Source: an uncultured Porphyromonadaceae bacterium
GTDB taxonomy: Bacteria; Bacteroidota; Bacteroidia; Bacteroidales; Muribaculaceae
DNA length: 64,000 nt
Reading direction: 5' to 3'
NCBI GenBank assembly: GCA_902495245.1
Contig: CABUWI010000006.1
Span: 70,444-134,443 of the forward strand
The translations under genes were made by a program, and so were the position numbers. Within the stretch, counting starts at the first letter, position 1; the number at the start of each line of letters is the position of its first letter. Positions 47,258 through 55,706 of the stretch are shown here, one piece after another. A model generated the notes under the pieces. The model saw only the letters and a program-made list of their open reading frames with translations, had not been told where the DNA came from and made no database searches.

Positions 47258-48412
47258 ATGGGCGCAAATAAATCGAAAATCGGCTCTAACATATTGACGG
47301 CAACGCTGATTACGCTGCTGGCATTCGGTCTGTCGTTGCTTTTTTCTCAGCCGCTTGCTTTTTCGGCAGGCGCGTTGCTGCAAAGCGCCGACAAGCAGGA
47401 TTTCAACATGACCGACTTCTATAATATAGCGGCCGACGCAAGGCCGGTCATGGCGCTCGACACCAACATAGTAGTCGTTGACATCGCAAACACGACGCGC
47501 GACGACGTAACCGACGTGCTCGAACTGCTTGGCGACATGAACCCGCGGGCGGTCGGCATAGACATCACATTCAACGAGCAGCGCGAAGACGACGAACGGC
47601 TGCTTGAGGCCATTGACCGCTGCCCGAATCCGGTCCTGGCCGTAGGCGTGAGCGCCAAACCGACCGAACGCGACACTTTCATGGTCGACGATTTCTCATA
47701 TTTCTATCCGTTCAGCCGCGACTCGCGCACATACGGTGTCATCAACCTGCCGACCAAGTTCGACGGCGCCACGGTGCGCAACTTCCGTGTGGACTATACC
47801 GAGGCGGGTGGCCGTGAACTGCCGTCGTTCGCCCTGGCCGTTGCCCGCGTCGCCGACCCGCAGGCCGCCAAACGCGTCGAGGCGCGCGCCAACACGGTGG
47901 AGACCATCGACTTTCCGAGCCGCAGATTCACCGTCATACCCTGGACCGAACTGCCCGACCGGCCTGACGAAATCGACGGCAAAATCGTGTTGGTCGGCGC
48001 AATCGGCGAGCTGGGCGACGTTCATCGCACCCCGGTGAACGACAAAATGGCCGGCGTGATTATTCACGCCCACGCGCTCAGCACGATTCTGCGCGACAGT
48101 TTCTACACGGTGGCTCCGAAATTCGTCAACATCTTGCTGGCGTTTCTGATTTGTTTCTCACTGTGCTTCACCAACTTGCAGTTCAAAAGCCCGGCGCGCG
48201 GACTGTGGTTCCGCATTTATCAGATTGCCATGCTTTACCTGATGATTCGTCTCGGCTACTGGCTGTTTGTCGACAACCGCACAATCGTTGACTTTTCTTA
48301 TTCGATGCTCATGCTCGCTTTCGGCTTCTTCGCGTTTGACCTCTGGAGCGGCCTCACCCACTATATCAAACTGGCCTACAACCGAATTTTCTTCAATCAA
48401 TCACATAAATAA
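47258..48412 (+). CDS. stand-alone CHASE2 domain membrane protein (no output domain)
   Basis: It has an N-terminal TM helix (ILTATLITLLAFGLSLLF). CHASE2 blocks are IVVVDIANTTRDDV..LGDMNPRAVGIDITF, GVINLPTKFDGATVRNF and GKIVLVGAIGELGDVHRTPV..MAGVIIHAHALSTIL. Three C-terminal TM helices follow, and the protein ends ~14 aa after the last one. I prefer the ATG at 47258; the track ORF begins at a GTG at 47225. Confidence 0.8.
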   Translation: MGANKSKIGSNILTATLITLLAFGLSLLFSQPLAFSAGALLQSADKQDFNMTDFYNIAADARPVMALDTNIVVVDIANTTRDDVTDVLELLGDMNPRAVGIDITFNEQREDDERLLEAIDRCPNPVLAVGVSAKPTERDTFMVDDFSYFYPFSRDSRTYGVINLPTKFDGATVRNFRVDYTEAGGRELPSFALAVARVADPQAAKRVEARANTVETIDFPSRRFTVIPWTELPDRPDEIDGKIVLVGAIGELGDVHRTPVNDKMAGVIIHAHALSTILRDSFYTVAPKFVNILLAFLICFSLCFTNLQFKSPARGLWFRIYQIAMLYLMIRLGYWLFVDNRTIVDFSYSMLMLAFGFFAFDLWSGLTHYIKLAYNRIFFNQSHK

Positions 48413-48420
48413 GACCACAC

Positions 48421-49263
48421 ATGACACGCTTTTTATCAACAATCTTATTGCTCATAACCGCAGTCGTCGCCGTCCGCGCCGACTATAGCGTCCGAAGCGT
48501 ATCGGGCAACGTTTTGATTCAGAAATCGGGCAAGCAGACCGCCGCCACGACCGGAGCGAAGCTCGGCTCTAACGACGTCTTGATTCTTGAACGCGGCGCA
48601 AAACTGGAGATATTCGACAGCAAAGACTCGCAAATCTACACGGCCGATGCTCCGGGACAATTCACCGTTACCCGCATCATTTTCGACGCCCGCAAAAAGG
48701 CGCGCTCAAACTCGAGCGCGGTCCACGGCAAACTGCGCGTTACCAAAGACAATAAGGCCGAAGGCGTGGTCTACATCGAAAAGGGCAAGGTTACACGCTC
48801 GCTGGCAATCTACGACCCCGAAGCCCAGAACATTCAGATTGACACCGACCGCCTGAGCCGCCGCCTCTACACCATGCTCCGCAACGATTCGGCCATGTGT
48901 GCGGCCTCCGACCCCGGCGCTATCGTGCTCAATCAGCGCATCGACCCTGACGGCCTGGCCTTCATGGTGCAGAATTCGACGGAACACCCCGTCTATTTCA
49001 ACGTGTTCAAAATCAATGCCGAAAACGGCTCGGTTACCATCTCGGAGCTCGGTCAGCCCGTTGGCTGCTATGCCATTTTGCCGACTCAGTTCCTTGCCCG
49101 CGAACAGGGCGCCGGCCTCAACCCCTCCGAGCTGCACATTCTGATAATGACCGACTTCTATTTCGACATCGACGAACTGCTCGGCAAGCTCAACGCGCTC
49201 ATCGACTCCAAGCCCGAAATAAACGAGCCTGAAAGCACGCCGCTCTATCTGCTGCCCCTCTGA
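48421..49263 (+). CDS. secreted protein, FecR-like N-terminal beta-sandwich + DUF4384-like C-terminal region
   Basis: 280 aa with a signal peptide (LLLITAVVAVRA). The segment VSGNVLIQKSGKQTAATTGAKLGSNDVLILERGAKLEIFDSKDSQIY resembles the FecR sensor fold. The segment LAFMVQNSTEHPVYFNVFKINAENGSVTISEL..LHILIMTD resembles DUF4384. Confidence 0.5.
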   Translation: MTRFLSTILLLITAVVAVRADYSVRSVSGNVLIQKSGKQTAATTGAKLGSNDVLILERGAKLEIFDSKDSQIYTADAPGQFTVTRIIFDARKKARSNSSAVHGKLRVTKDNKAEGVVYIEKGKVTRSLAIYDPEAQNIQIDTDRLSRRLYTMLRNDSAMCAASDPGAIVLNQRIDPDGLAFMVQNSTEHPVYFNVFKINAENGSVTISELGQPVGCYAILPTQFLAREQGAGLNPSELHILIMTDFYFDIDELLGKLNALIDSKPEINEPESTPLYLLPL

Positions 49264-49330
49264 GGCCGGCCCTCCCTACCCCCCTCGCGAACAAACTATT
49301 AAACCGTTATCACATTCATTTTTTCTTTCA

Positions 49331-51433
49331 ATGAAAACACTGCTTATCCGTGCTATTATTCCGCTGTGTGCCGTTTTGGGCACAGTGCAGACAGTCATGG
49401 GTCAGGACGAGACCTCGCCGCTCCCCGCAACCGCCCAAAGCCCTGACTATCATTTCAAGCTGACAACCAATCCGACGGGTCTGACTCGCTTTTTCTACGC
49501 AATCTACCCCAACGACCAACGCTCAATCCTGAACACTCGCGGCACGCGCATCGCCGAGTTCAACGCCGACATCGAATCGGTGGTCGTGAACCCCTCCGGA
49601 CTTAACTTCACCGTCATCACCTCGGGCAAGAAAGGCACCGCCTACGTTGCCAGCACCTACGAACAAGACGAAATCAAATTCAAGTTCAACCGCAAGAAGT
49701 TCGGCCAGCCCCGCTCGGCCGCCTATACGCCCGACGCCCTGAACCTGCTCATCGCCACCGACACCACCCTCTACGTTCTCGACGCTCGCAAGTTCAAGCC
49801 CAAAGGCACGATGAAGCTCAACCACCCCGCCCGCCTCATGAAGCTGAGCGGCAACGCCTACCATCTGGCCACGGCCAACGAGGGCGAAGTTACCGTCTAC
49901 AACTACGAAGACAAAACCGTGCGCCACCACTGGAACTTCGAGTCGCCAGTAACCGACCTGCAGTTCTCGCCCGACGACACCGAACTCGCAATCACCTGCG
50001 GCGACGGCTCGGTCAACATTTACGACACCCGCTCTTTCACAATCAAGAACTCGCTTGAAAACGTGGGCGACGCCCTTTCGTCGTCCTACAACCCCGACGG
50101 CAAATACATGGCCGTGGCCCAGTCGCCCCACAGCATTGTCGTGGTCAACCTGCTTGAGCCCGAAACCGACCGCGAGGCAATCAGCGTGCCGGCCGGCAAT
50201 GTCCGCGAAGTCGTCTTCCTGCCCAACGTCAAGAAGGAGACCCTTCTGGCCTACACCACACAGCGCGCCGTCGATATCCGCAACATGAAAGACCTCGCGC
50301 CCTACTATTCGAAGCTGGTCGACGACGAAGTGAACCGCCGACTCAACGAATGGCTGAAAATGATGCCCGACGAGACGCTTGAGGAGTATCAGGCCCGTGT
50401 CAACGACGAGAGCCGCGCGCGCCAGCGCCGAATGCTTGAAGACGAAATCGCAACCGGTTTCGCCCCCGACATGCTCACGATGGCCGAAATCACCCTCGGT
50501 CAGTATGACAAACGCCACGAACTGCTCGAGGTGAACTTCAACAACATGCCGTCAATCTACCTGCCCGTCAGCAACGAAGACATCGAGGCATTCCACAGTG
50601 CCGGCGACCTTCAGTTCACCAACGCGAAATATACCGTCGGCAACAACGACCGCTTCGAACTCATCTATGCCGAAGTCGTCAACTCGGCCGACGGCAAGAC
50701 ATATATCTACAACAACATTGACCGCGTGGCGCTCAACTTCATGGCCAACGAGCCCGAAGAGGAAGTGTCGATCGAGCTTATCAAACAGCAGCAGATGGAA
50801 GAAATCAAGCTGCGCGAGCTCCAGCAGCAGATTGTCGAAGAGGCAAAGAGCCGCAACGTCATCTCAGACCACACCGGCATCACGGTCAACACTGAGGTCG
50901 TGCCCGACTACGATGCCAACGGCAACCGCATTCTCAACTACAAGGTAAACTACACCTACGAGGTTGAACCCGAATTCACCGCCCGCGAAGACTTCGGCCC
51001 CGGCAAATATCACATCAACGAATCGGGCGCCGCCCAGTCAATGCTCGAAATCGTGCGCAAGTCGATTGACGGCGAACTGGCGCGCTATGTCAAAGAGGGC
51101 AAGAAGGTCAACGTGCGCATTTCGGGCACCGCCGACTCAAGCCCCATCGTGGGCCGCATCATCTACGACGGCAGCTACGGCACGTTTGAAGACGAGCCCG
51201 CCTACAACAACGGCGAACTCACAACCATCACCGTCATGCCCAAAGGCCGCATCACCGAGAACAAGCAGCTCGCCTTCCTGCGCGCCCAGGGTGTGAAGCA
51301 ATATCTCGAAGAGAATATCAAAGAACTGCAGCAAATGAAATCGAACTACCGCATTGACATCAATGTGGCCGAAGGCAAGGGCAGCCAGTTCCGCCGCATC
51401 ACGACGGAGCTCACGTTTGTCGACGCTTTCTAA
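49331..51433 (+). CDS. secreted WD40-like beta-propeller protein with coiled-coil linker and OmpA-like C-terminal domain
   Basis: 700 aa with a signal peptide. WD-like blades include VTDLQFSPDDTELAITCGDGSVNIYDTRSF and SSSYNPDGKYMAVAQSPHSIVVVNL. The middle is acidic and helical. The C-terminus VRISGTADSSPI ... NKQLAFLRAQGVKQYL resembles the OmpA/MotB peptidoglycan-binding motif. Confidence 0.6.
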   Translation: MKTLLIRAIIPLCAVLGTVQTVMGQDETSPLPATAQSPDYHFKLTTNPTGLTRFFYAIYPNDQRSILNTRGTRIAEFNADIESVVVNPSGLNFTVITSGKKGTAYVASTYEQDEIKFKFNRKKFGQPRSAAYTPDALNLLIATDTTLYVLDARKFKPKGTMKLNHPARLMKLSGNAYHLATANEGEVTVYNYEDKTVRHHWNFESPVTDLQFSPDDTELAITCGDGSVNIYDTRSFTIKNSLENVGDALSSSYNPDGKYMAVAQSPHSIVVVNLLEPETDREAISVPAGNVREVVFLPNVKKETLLAYTTQRAVDIRNMKDLAPYYSKLVDDEVNRRLNEWLKMMPDETLEEYQARVNDESRARQRRMLEDEIATGFAPDMLTMAEITLGQYDKRHELLEVNFNNMPSIYLPVSNEDIEAFHSAGDLQFTNAKYTVGNNDRFELIYAEVVNSADGKTYIYNNIDRVALNFMANEPEEEVSIELIKQQQMEEIKLRELQQQIVEEAKSRNVISDHTGITVNTEVVPDYDANGNRILNYKVNYTYEVEPEFTAREDFGPGKYHINESGAAQSMLEIVRKSIDGELARYVKEGKKVNVRISGTADSSPIVGRIIYDGSYGTFEDEPAYNNGELTTITVMPKGRITENKQLAFLRAQGVKQYLEENIKELQQMKSNYRIDINVAEGKGSQFRRITTELTFVDAF

Positions 51434-51450
51434 TTATTCGTCATAAGCCA

Positions 51451-54102
51451 ATGAAGTCCTCACATCTACTGACAATTGCAACCTTCAGCGTCATGGCCGC
51501 CGGCACGGCCATGGCGCTTTCATCGCACCTCGACCCCCTGCCCGGAGCCGACGCCCCCGAAATGCCGGAACTGACCTCCGGCATGCTGACCGGCGAAGGC
51601 GCCGAAGCCGCCGAAGATTCGGCTGTAGTCCTGTCGCCCGACTCGCTCGCCACTCTGGCCGGCGAGGCGTTCAAGGCCTACCGCGTCAGCAAATTCGACG
51701 GCGAGGAAGACGCCGTGCTCTATCCGCGCCTCTACGACCTCTACGAACAGGCTCTCGCCGCATTCGACGCTCAGCCGAACGCCACCCGCGGCTTCATGCA
51801 GTGTCGCGACATTCTCAAGCAAATCGACGACGAACTGCTGCGTGGCGCCTTCTTTTACTCGTCAAACAACCGCCGCGAAGAGCTCAACAAGTTTGCGCGC
51901 GCATATCTCGACATTCAGCAGCTGCCCCGCATGGAGGGCGAACGCTGGAAGCGCGACGAGCAGGTTTATCCCTTCATCTGCTACATCGCCGCCTCGTCGG
52001 CCTATAACGCCTCCGAGTGGGACAAGGCCATCGACTATTTCAAACTCTTCCTTTCGACCGGCGCGTCCGACCGCCGCGAGCAGGTCTACCAGTTCATGGG
52101 CCGCGCATGCCTCAGCGCCCGCAACTATCCGCTGGCAATCACCGTGATGCAGGAGGCCATGAAAGCCTATCCGCAAAACGAGATGTTGCCCATGATTGGC
52201 ATTCAGGCATGCGTTGACGGCGGCCACGGCCAGTTCCTGCAGGATTTCCTGACCCGGGCGCTCGAGCTCAAGCCCACCGACGTGCAGCTCATGACCCTTC
52301 AGGGTCAGCTCTATGAAGACCGCAACGACTATCGCGCTGCCATTGCCCTCTTCAACGACCTTGACCGTCTGAAGCCCAACTCGATGAGCATCACCAAGCA
52401 TCTGGGCACGAACTACTATAACATGGCCGTCAGCGCCTTCAACAACGCAATCAACGAGCCTAACGAAAAAGAGGCCAAACGCCTGCGCCGCCAGGCTCGC
52501 AACTATTTCGACGCCGCCGCCCTGAAGTTCCGCGCTATTCTCGAGTCGGACCCGACGGCCACAAAGTATATGCGCTCGCTCGGCGTCTGCTACCTCTGTC
52601 TTGAAGACAAGTCTTCGTTCTCTGAAATCAACGACAAACTCACGGCTATGGGCGAAGACCCGCTGGCCGACGTGTTCATGCCCCCGATGATGACCTATTC
52701 CGACTCGGGCAACAAGAACTTCGCCACTTCCTCGCTCGCCGACGACGGCAACGGCCTCGACGCGCCCTCCTATCGCGACTTCGCCACCCGTTACATCACC
52801 GAACGTCTCGACAAGTGGTCGAAACGCGGCGAGTTCGAACCGACCGACAAATATCAGCAGCGAGTCAACGAAACGACTCTCGCCGCCGAGGGCAAACGCC
52901 TGCAGCGAAGCGCCGCCGAGGAATATCTGAACCGCTACGGCGGCAATCTGCGCCTCGACGGACTGAAACTGATGCCCTACGACGCCACCAACGAAGTGTT
53001 CAAGATTGAATCGAGCTATGGCCCCATCATTCTGCCCGTGCCGCTGAAAAACGGCGAGGCCGAAAACTTCAAGGCCACGTTTGCCGGCGTGAACATTCGC
53101 ACTCCCCGCTACTTCATCGACGAAGAGGGCGTGAAAGTGGCCTCGGTTACTTTCGTAACTCCCGGCGGACGCAGCTACACCTACGACAACAGCAAGGCCC
53201 TGGCCTATAACGACGTGCCCGACATCGACATCGACTACAACTCGATTCTGCGCAATCCGGCCAAAAAGCAGACGCAGTCGTCAGGAAGCGAAACCGTTAC
53301 TATACGCCACAAAAGCGACGTCGACAAGGACATTCCGCAAAACCGCAATAAAGACGCCAACCGCCTGGCGCTCATCATTGCCAACGAACACTACCACGCA
53401 ACGGCCGACGTGGCCTCCGCAATCAACGACGGCGAGGCTATGGCCGAATACTGCAAACTGACGCTCGGCATTCCCGACAACAACGTCGAGCTGCTGACCG
53501 ACGCCACCCTGGGCCGCACACTCGGCGCAATCATCTCGCTCAAGGACAAGGTGAACGCACTCGGCGGCGAGGCAGACGTGCTGGTCTACTACGCCGGCCA
53601 CGGCCTACCCGACGAGCGCACCAAAGACGCCTACATTCTCCCCGTCGACGGCACCCCGACCTCTAACGCCACCTGCCTGTCGCTGGGCAAGCTTTACGAC
53701 GAGCTCTCAAACATGAAGGCAAAAACCGTTACCGTTCTGCTCGACGCCTGCTTCAGCGGTGCGCAGCGAAAGGGCGGCGGCGAAATGATCAGCGACGCCC
53801 GCTCGGTTGTCATCAAACCGAAAGAATCAGCGCCCAAGGGCAACATGCTGGTGCTCAGCGCTGCCTCGGGCAACGAAACGGCTCTGCCCTATGCCGAGAA
53901 GAACCACGGCCTCTTCACATACTACATTCTGAAACACCTCCAGGCCACCAAGGGCAACACAACGCTCAAGGAGCTGAGCGACTATGTTATCTCTAACGTG
54001 AAGAAGCAGAGCGTGTTCATCAATTCCAAACTCCAGACACCCACCGTTACCACCTCGGGCAACATGGGCGAACTCTGGCAAACCCGCAAGCTGAAGCCAT
54101 GA
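51451..54102 (+). CDS. secreted TPR-repeat protein with C-terminal caspase (peptidase C14) domain
   Basis: 883 aa with a signal peptide (FSVMAAGTAMALS). TPR-like repeats span about aa 100-400. The C14 p20 core is RLALIIANEHY...DVLVYYAGHG (catalytic His) ... VTVLLDACFSG (catalytic Cys). Confidence 0.82.
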   Translation: MKSSHLLTIATFSVMAAGTAMALSSHLDPLPGADAPEMPELTSGMLTGEGAEAAEDSAVVLSPDSLATLAGEAFKAYRVSKFDGEEDAVLYPRLYDLYEQALAAFDAQPNATRGFMQCRDILKQIDDELLRGAFFYSSNNRREELNKFARAYLDIQQLPRMEGERWKRDEQVYPFICYIAASSAYNASEWDKAIDYFKLFLSTGASDRREQVYQFMGRACLSARNYPLAITVMQEAMKAYPQNEMLPMIGIQACVDGGHGQFLQDFLTRALELKPTDVQLMTLQGQLYEDRNDYRAAIALFNDLDRLKPNSMSITKHLGTNYYNMAVSAFNNAINEPNEKEAKRLRRQARNYFDAAALKFRAILESDPTATKYMRSLGVCYLCLEDKSSFSEINDKLTAMGEDPLADVFMPPMMTYSDSGNKNFATSSLADDGNGLDAPSYRDFATRYITERLDKWSKRGEFEPTDKYQQRVNETTLAAEGKRLQRSAAEEYLNRYGGNLRLDGLKLMPYDATNEVFKIESSYGPIILPVPLKNGEAENFKATFAGVNIRTPRYFIDEEGVKVASVTFVTPGGRSYTYDNSKALAYNDVPDIDIDYNSILRNPAKKQTQSSGSETVTIRHKSDVDKDIPQNRNKDANRLALIIANEHYHATADVASAINDGEAMAEYCKLTLGIPDNNVELLTDATLGRTLGAIISLKDKVNALGGEADVLVYYAGHGLPDERTKDAYILPVDGTPTSNATCLSLGKLYDELSNMKAKTVTVLLDACFSGAQRKGGGEMISDARSVVIKPKESAPKGNMLVLSAASGNETALPYAEKNHGLFTYYILKHLQATKGNTTLKELSDYVISNVKKQSVFINSKLQTPTVTTSGNMGELWQTRKLKP

Positions 54103-54983
54103 CCCGCCGACACAAACTGATTGCGCTCGTTGCCGCCGGCCTCCTGTCGGCCGCCGCCCCGCTCACGACTGCCGCCAAAGGCGTGCAGACACTGACGGGC
54201 GAGGCCACATACTATGGCGACGCGACCGACTCGCCCGCCGAGGCCAAGCGCAAGGCCCTTGACCTGGCCCGAATCAACGCCCTGGCCCGCGAGTTCGGCA
54301 CCGTGCTCAGCCAGACAACGGTGAGCCGCGACGTGGCCGACAACGGCGCCGAGCGGCAGTTCTTCTCCTCGCTGTCCGCCTCCGAGGTCAAGGGCGAATG
54401 GATTGCCGACGAGGGCGAGCCGAAGTTCACCATCGAGCTTGACTCTGACGGCCACTACGTGGTTCATTGCCGCGTAACCATCAAGGCGAAAGAACTTTCA
54501 AACAAAGCCGCCGACTTCCACGCCACCGTTCTGCGCAACGGACTCACCGACAAACACGCCTCGACCGAGTTCAAGACGGGCGACGAGATGTTTCTGAGCT
54601 TCCGCTCGCCGGCCGACGGCTACGTGGCCGCCTATCTCGTGGCGGGCGACGACGTACTGACCCTGCTCCCCTACACATCGTCGGCCTCGGGCAAATGTCC
54701 CGTGCGCCACGACCGCGACTACATCTTCTTTTCCGCGCCCGACGGCGACAAAGAGTTCGGCACGGTTGACGAATATCTGATGCAGACCGACGGCGCTTTC
54801 GAGCACGACCGCCTCTACGTCCTCTTCTCGCCCAACGAGTTCTCGAAAGCGCTCGACCGCGCAAACGGCGACTCCATGCCGCGCGTGCAGCCCTACGAAG
54901 ACTTCGTCAGGTGGATTGCCAAACTGCGCCGCGCCGACGACGAGATGGGCATGAAAGTTTTCAACCTGACAATAAGCCAATAA
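54099..54983 (+). CDS. secreted LPP20-like + DUF4384-like protein
   Basis: 294 aa with a signal peptide. The N-terminus GEATYYGDATDSPAEAKRKALDLARINALAREFG is LPP20-like. The C-terminus FKTGDEMFLSFRSPADGYVAAYLVAGDDVLTLLP...DRLYVLFS is DUF4384-like. The start overlaps the caspase gene's stop by 4 nt. Confidence 0.5.
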   Translation: MTRRHKLIALVAAGLLSAAAPLTTAAKGVQTLTGEATYYGDATDSPAEAKRKALDLARINALAREFGTVLSQTTVSRDVADNGAERQFFSSLSASEVKGEWIADEGEPKFTIELDSDGHYVVHCRVTIKAKELSNKAADFHATVLRNGLTDKHASTEFKTGDEMFLSFRSPADGYVAAYLVAGDDVLTLLPYTSSASGKCPVRHDRDYIFFSAPDGDKEFGTVDEYLMQTDGAFEHDRLYVLFSPNEFSKALDRANGDSMPRVQPYEDFVRWIAKLRRADDEMGMKVFNLTISQ

Positions 54984-54988
54984 ACACC

Positions 54989-55024
54989 AATTAGTCCATT
55001 TAGTCCAATTAGTCCAATTAGTCC
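54989..55024. repeat. 4 x 9-nt tandem repeat (aattagtcc) inside the operon
   Basis: The units are aattagtcc, atttagtcc, aattagtcc and aattagtcc. The tract begins 6 nt after the preceding stop codon and ends 19 nt before the next ATG. Confidence 0.85.
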
Positions 55025-55043
55025 AATAAAATTTTTTAAGATT

Positions 55044-55685
55044 ATGAAAAAATTAGTCATGATGATGGCCGCACTCTGGCTCGCATTCGGAGCCATGGCC
55101 GCTGCACCCGAGCTCACCAAACAACAGCAGAAGCTCGTGAACAAAGAGGTCAAAGCAAAGATGAAAGACTACAAGAAAGAAGGCTGGAAAGTATTCGGCA
55201 GCACACGCACCCTCGAGGGCATGCTGACGCGCCACCTCAGCGAACTCGAAGCCGCAGGCGACGACGCCTTTGAAATCGTGGGCTACGCCAATAACTTCAA
55301 GAGCAAGAGCGTAGGCCACCAGCAGGCCGTCAACAACGCCTGCATCACCTACGCAGGTCAGGCCGGTTCGTCGCTGCGCGGCAACATCACCACCGACATC
55401 AAGGCCAACGGCTCGGACGAGGCCGACGAGTTCGAACACTTCTATGCCGCCTACCAGCGCCTCGTAGAGCGCGAAATCAAAGACGAGATGAAAGAGAGCA
55501 TCGCCCTGATTCGCGACATGGGCAACGGCGCATATGAAATGCAGGTCTACTTCATCGTCGGCCAGGATTCGGCCGCAAAGGCTCGCCAGCGCGCCGCCGA
55601 GGCTGCCATGAAAGACAGCGAAATCGCCCAGAAGCACTCTGCCACCATCTCCGACTACGTGCGCAAGGCGTTTGACCGTCAGTAA
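55044..55685 (+). CDS. hypothetical secreted protein (possibly LPP20-like fold)
   Basis: 213 aa with a signal peptide (AALWLAFGAMAAAP). It is Lys/Glu-rich and helical, with a central VGYANNFKSKSVGHQQAVNNACITYAGQAG segment. I have no confident family assignment. Confidence 0.5.
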   Translation: MKKLVMMMAALWLAFGAMAAAPELTKQQQKLVNKEVKAKMKDYKKEGWKVFGSTRTLEGMLTRHLSELEAAGDDAFEIVGYANNFKSKSVGHQQAVNNACITYAGQAGSSLRGNITTDIKANGSDEADEFEHFYAAYQRLVEREIKDEMKESIALIRDMGNGAYEMQVYFIVGQDSAAKARQRAAEAAMKDSEIAQKHSATISDYVRKAFDRQ

Positions 55686-55706
55686 TTTCCACTCCCCCGA
55701 AACCCT

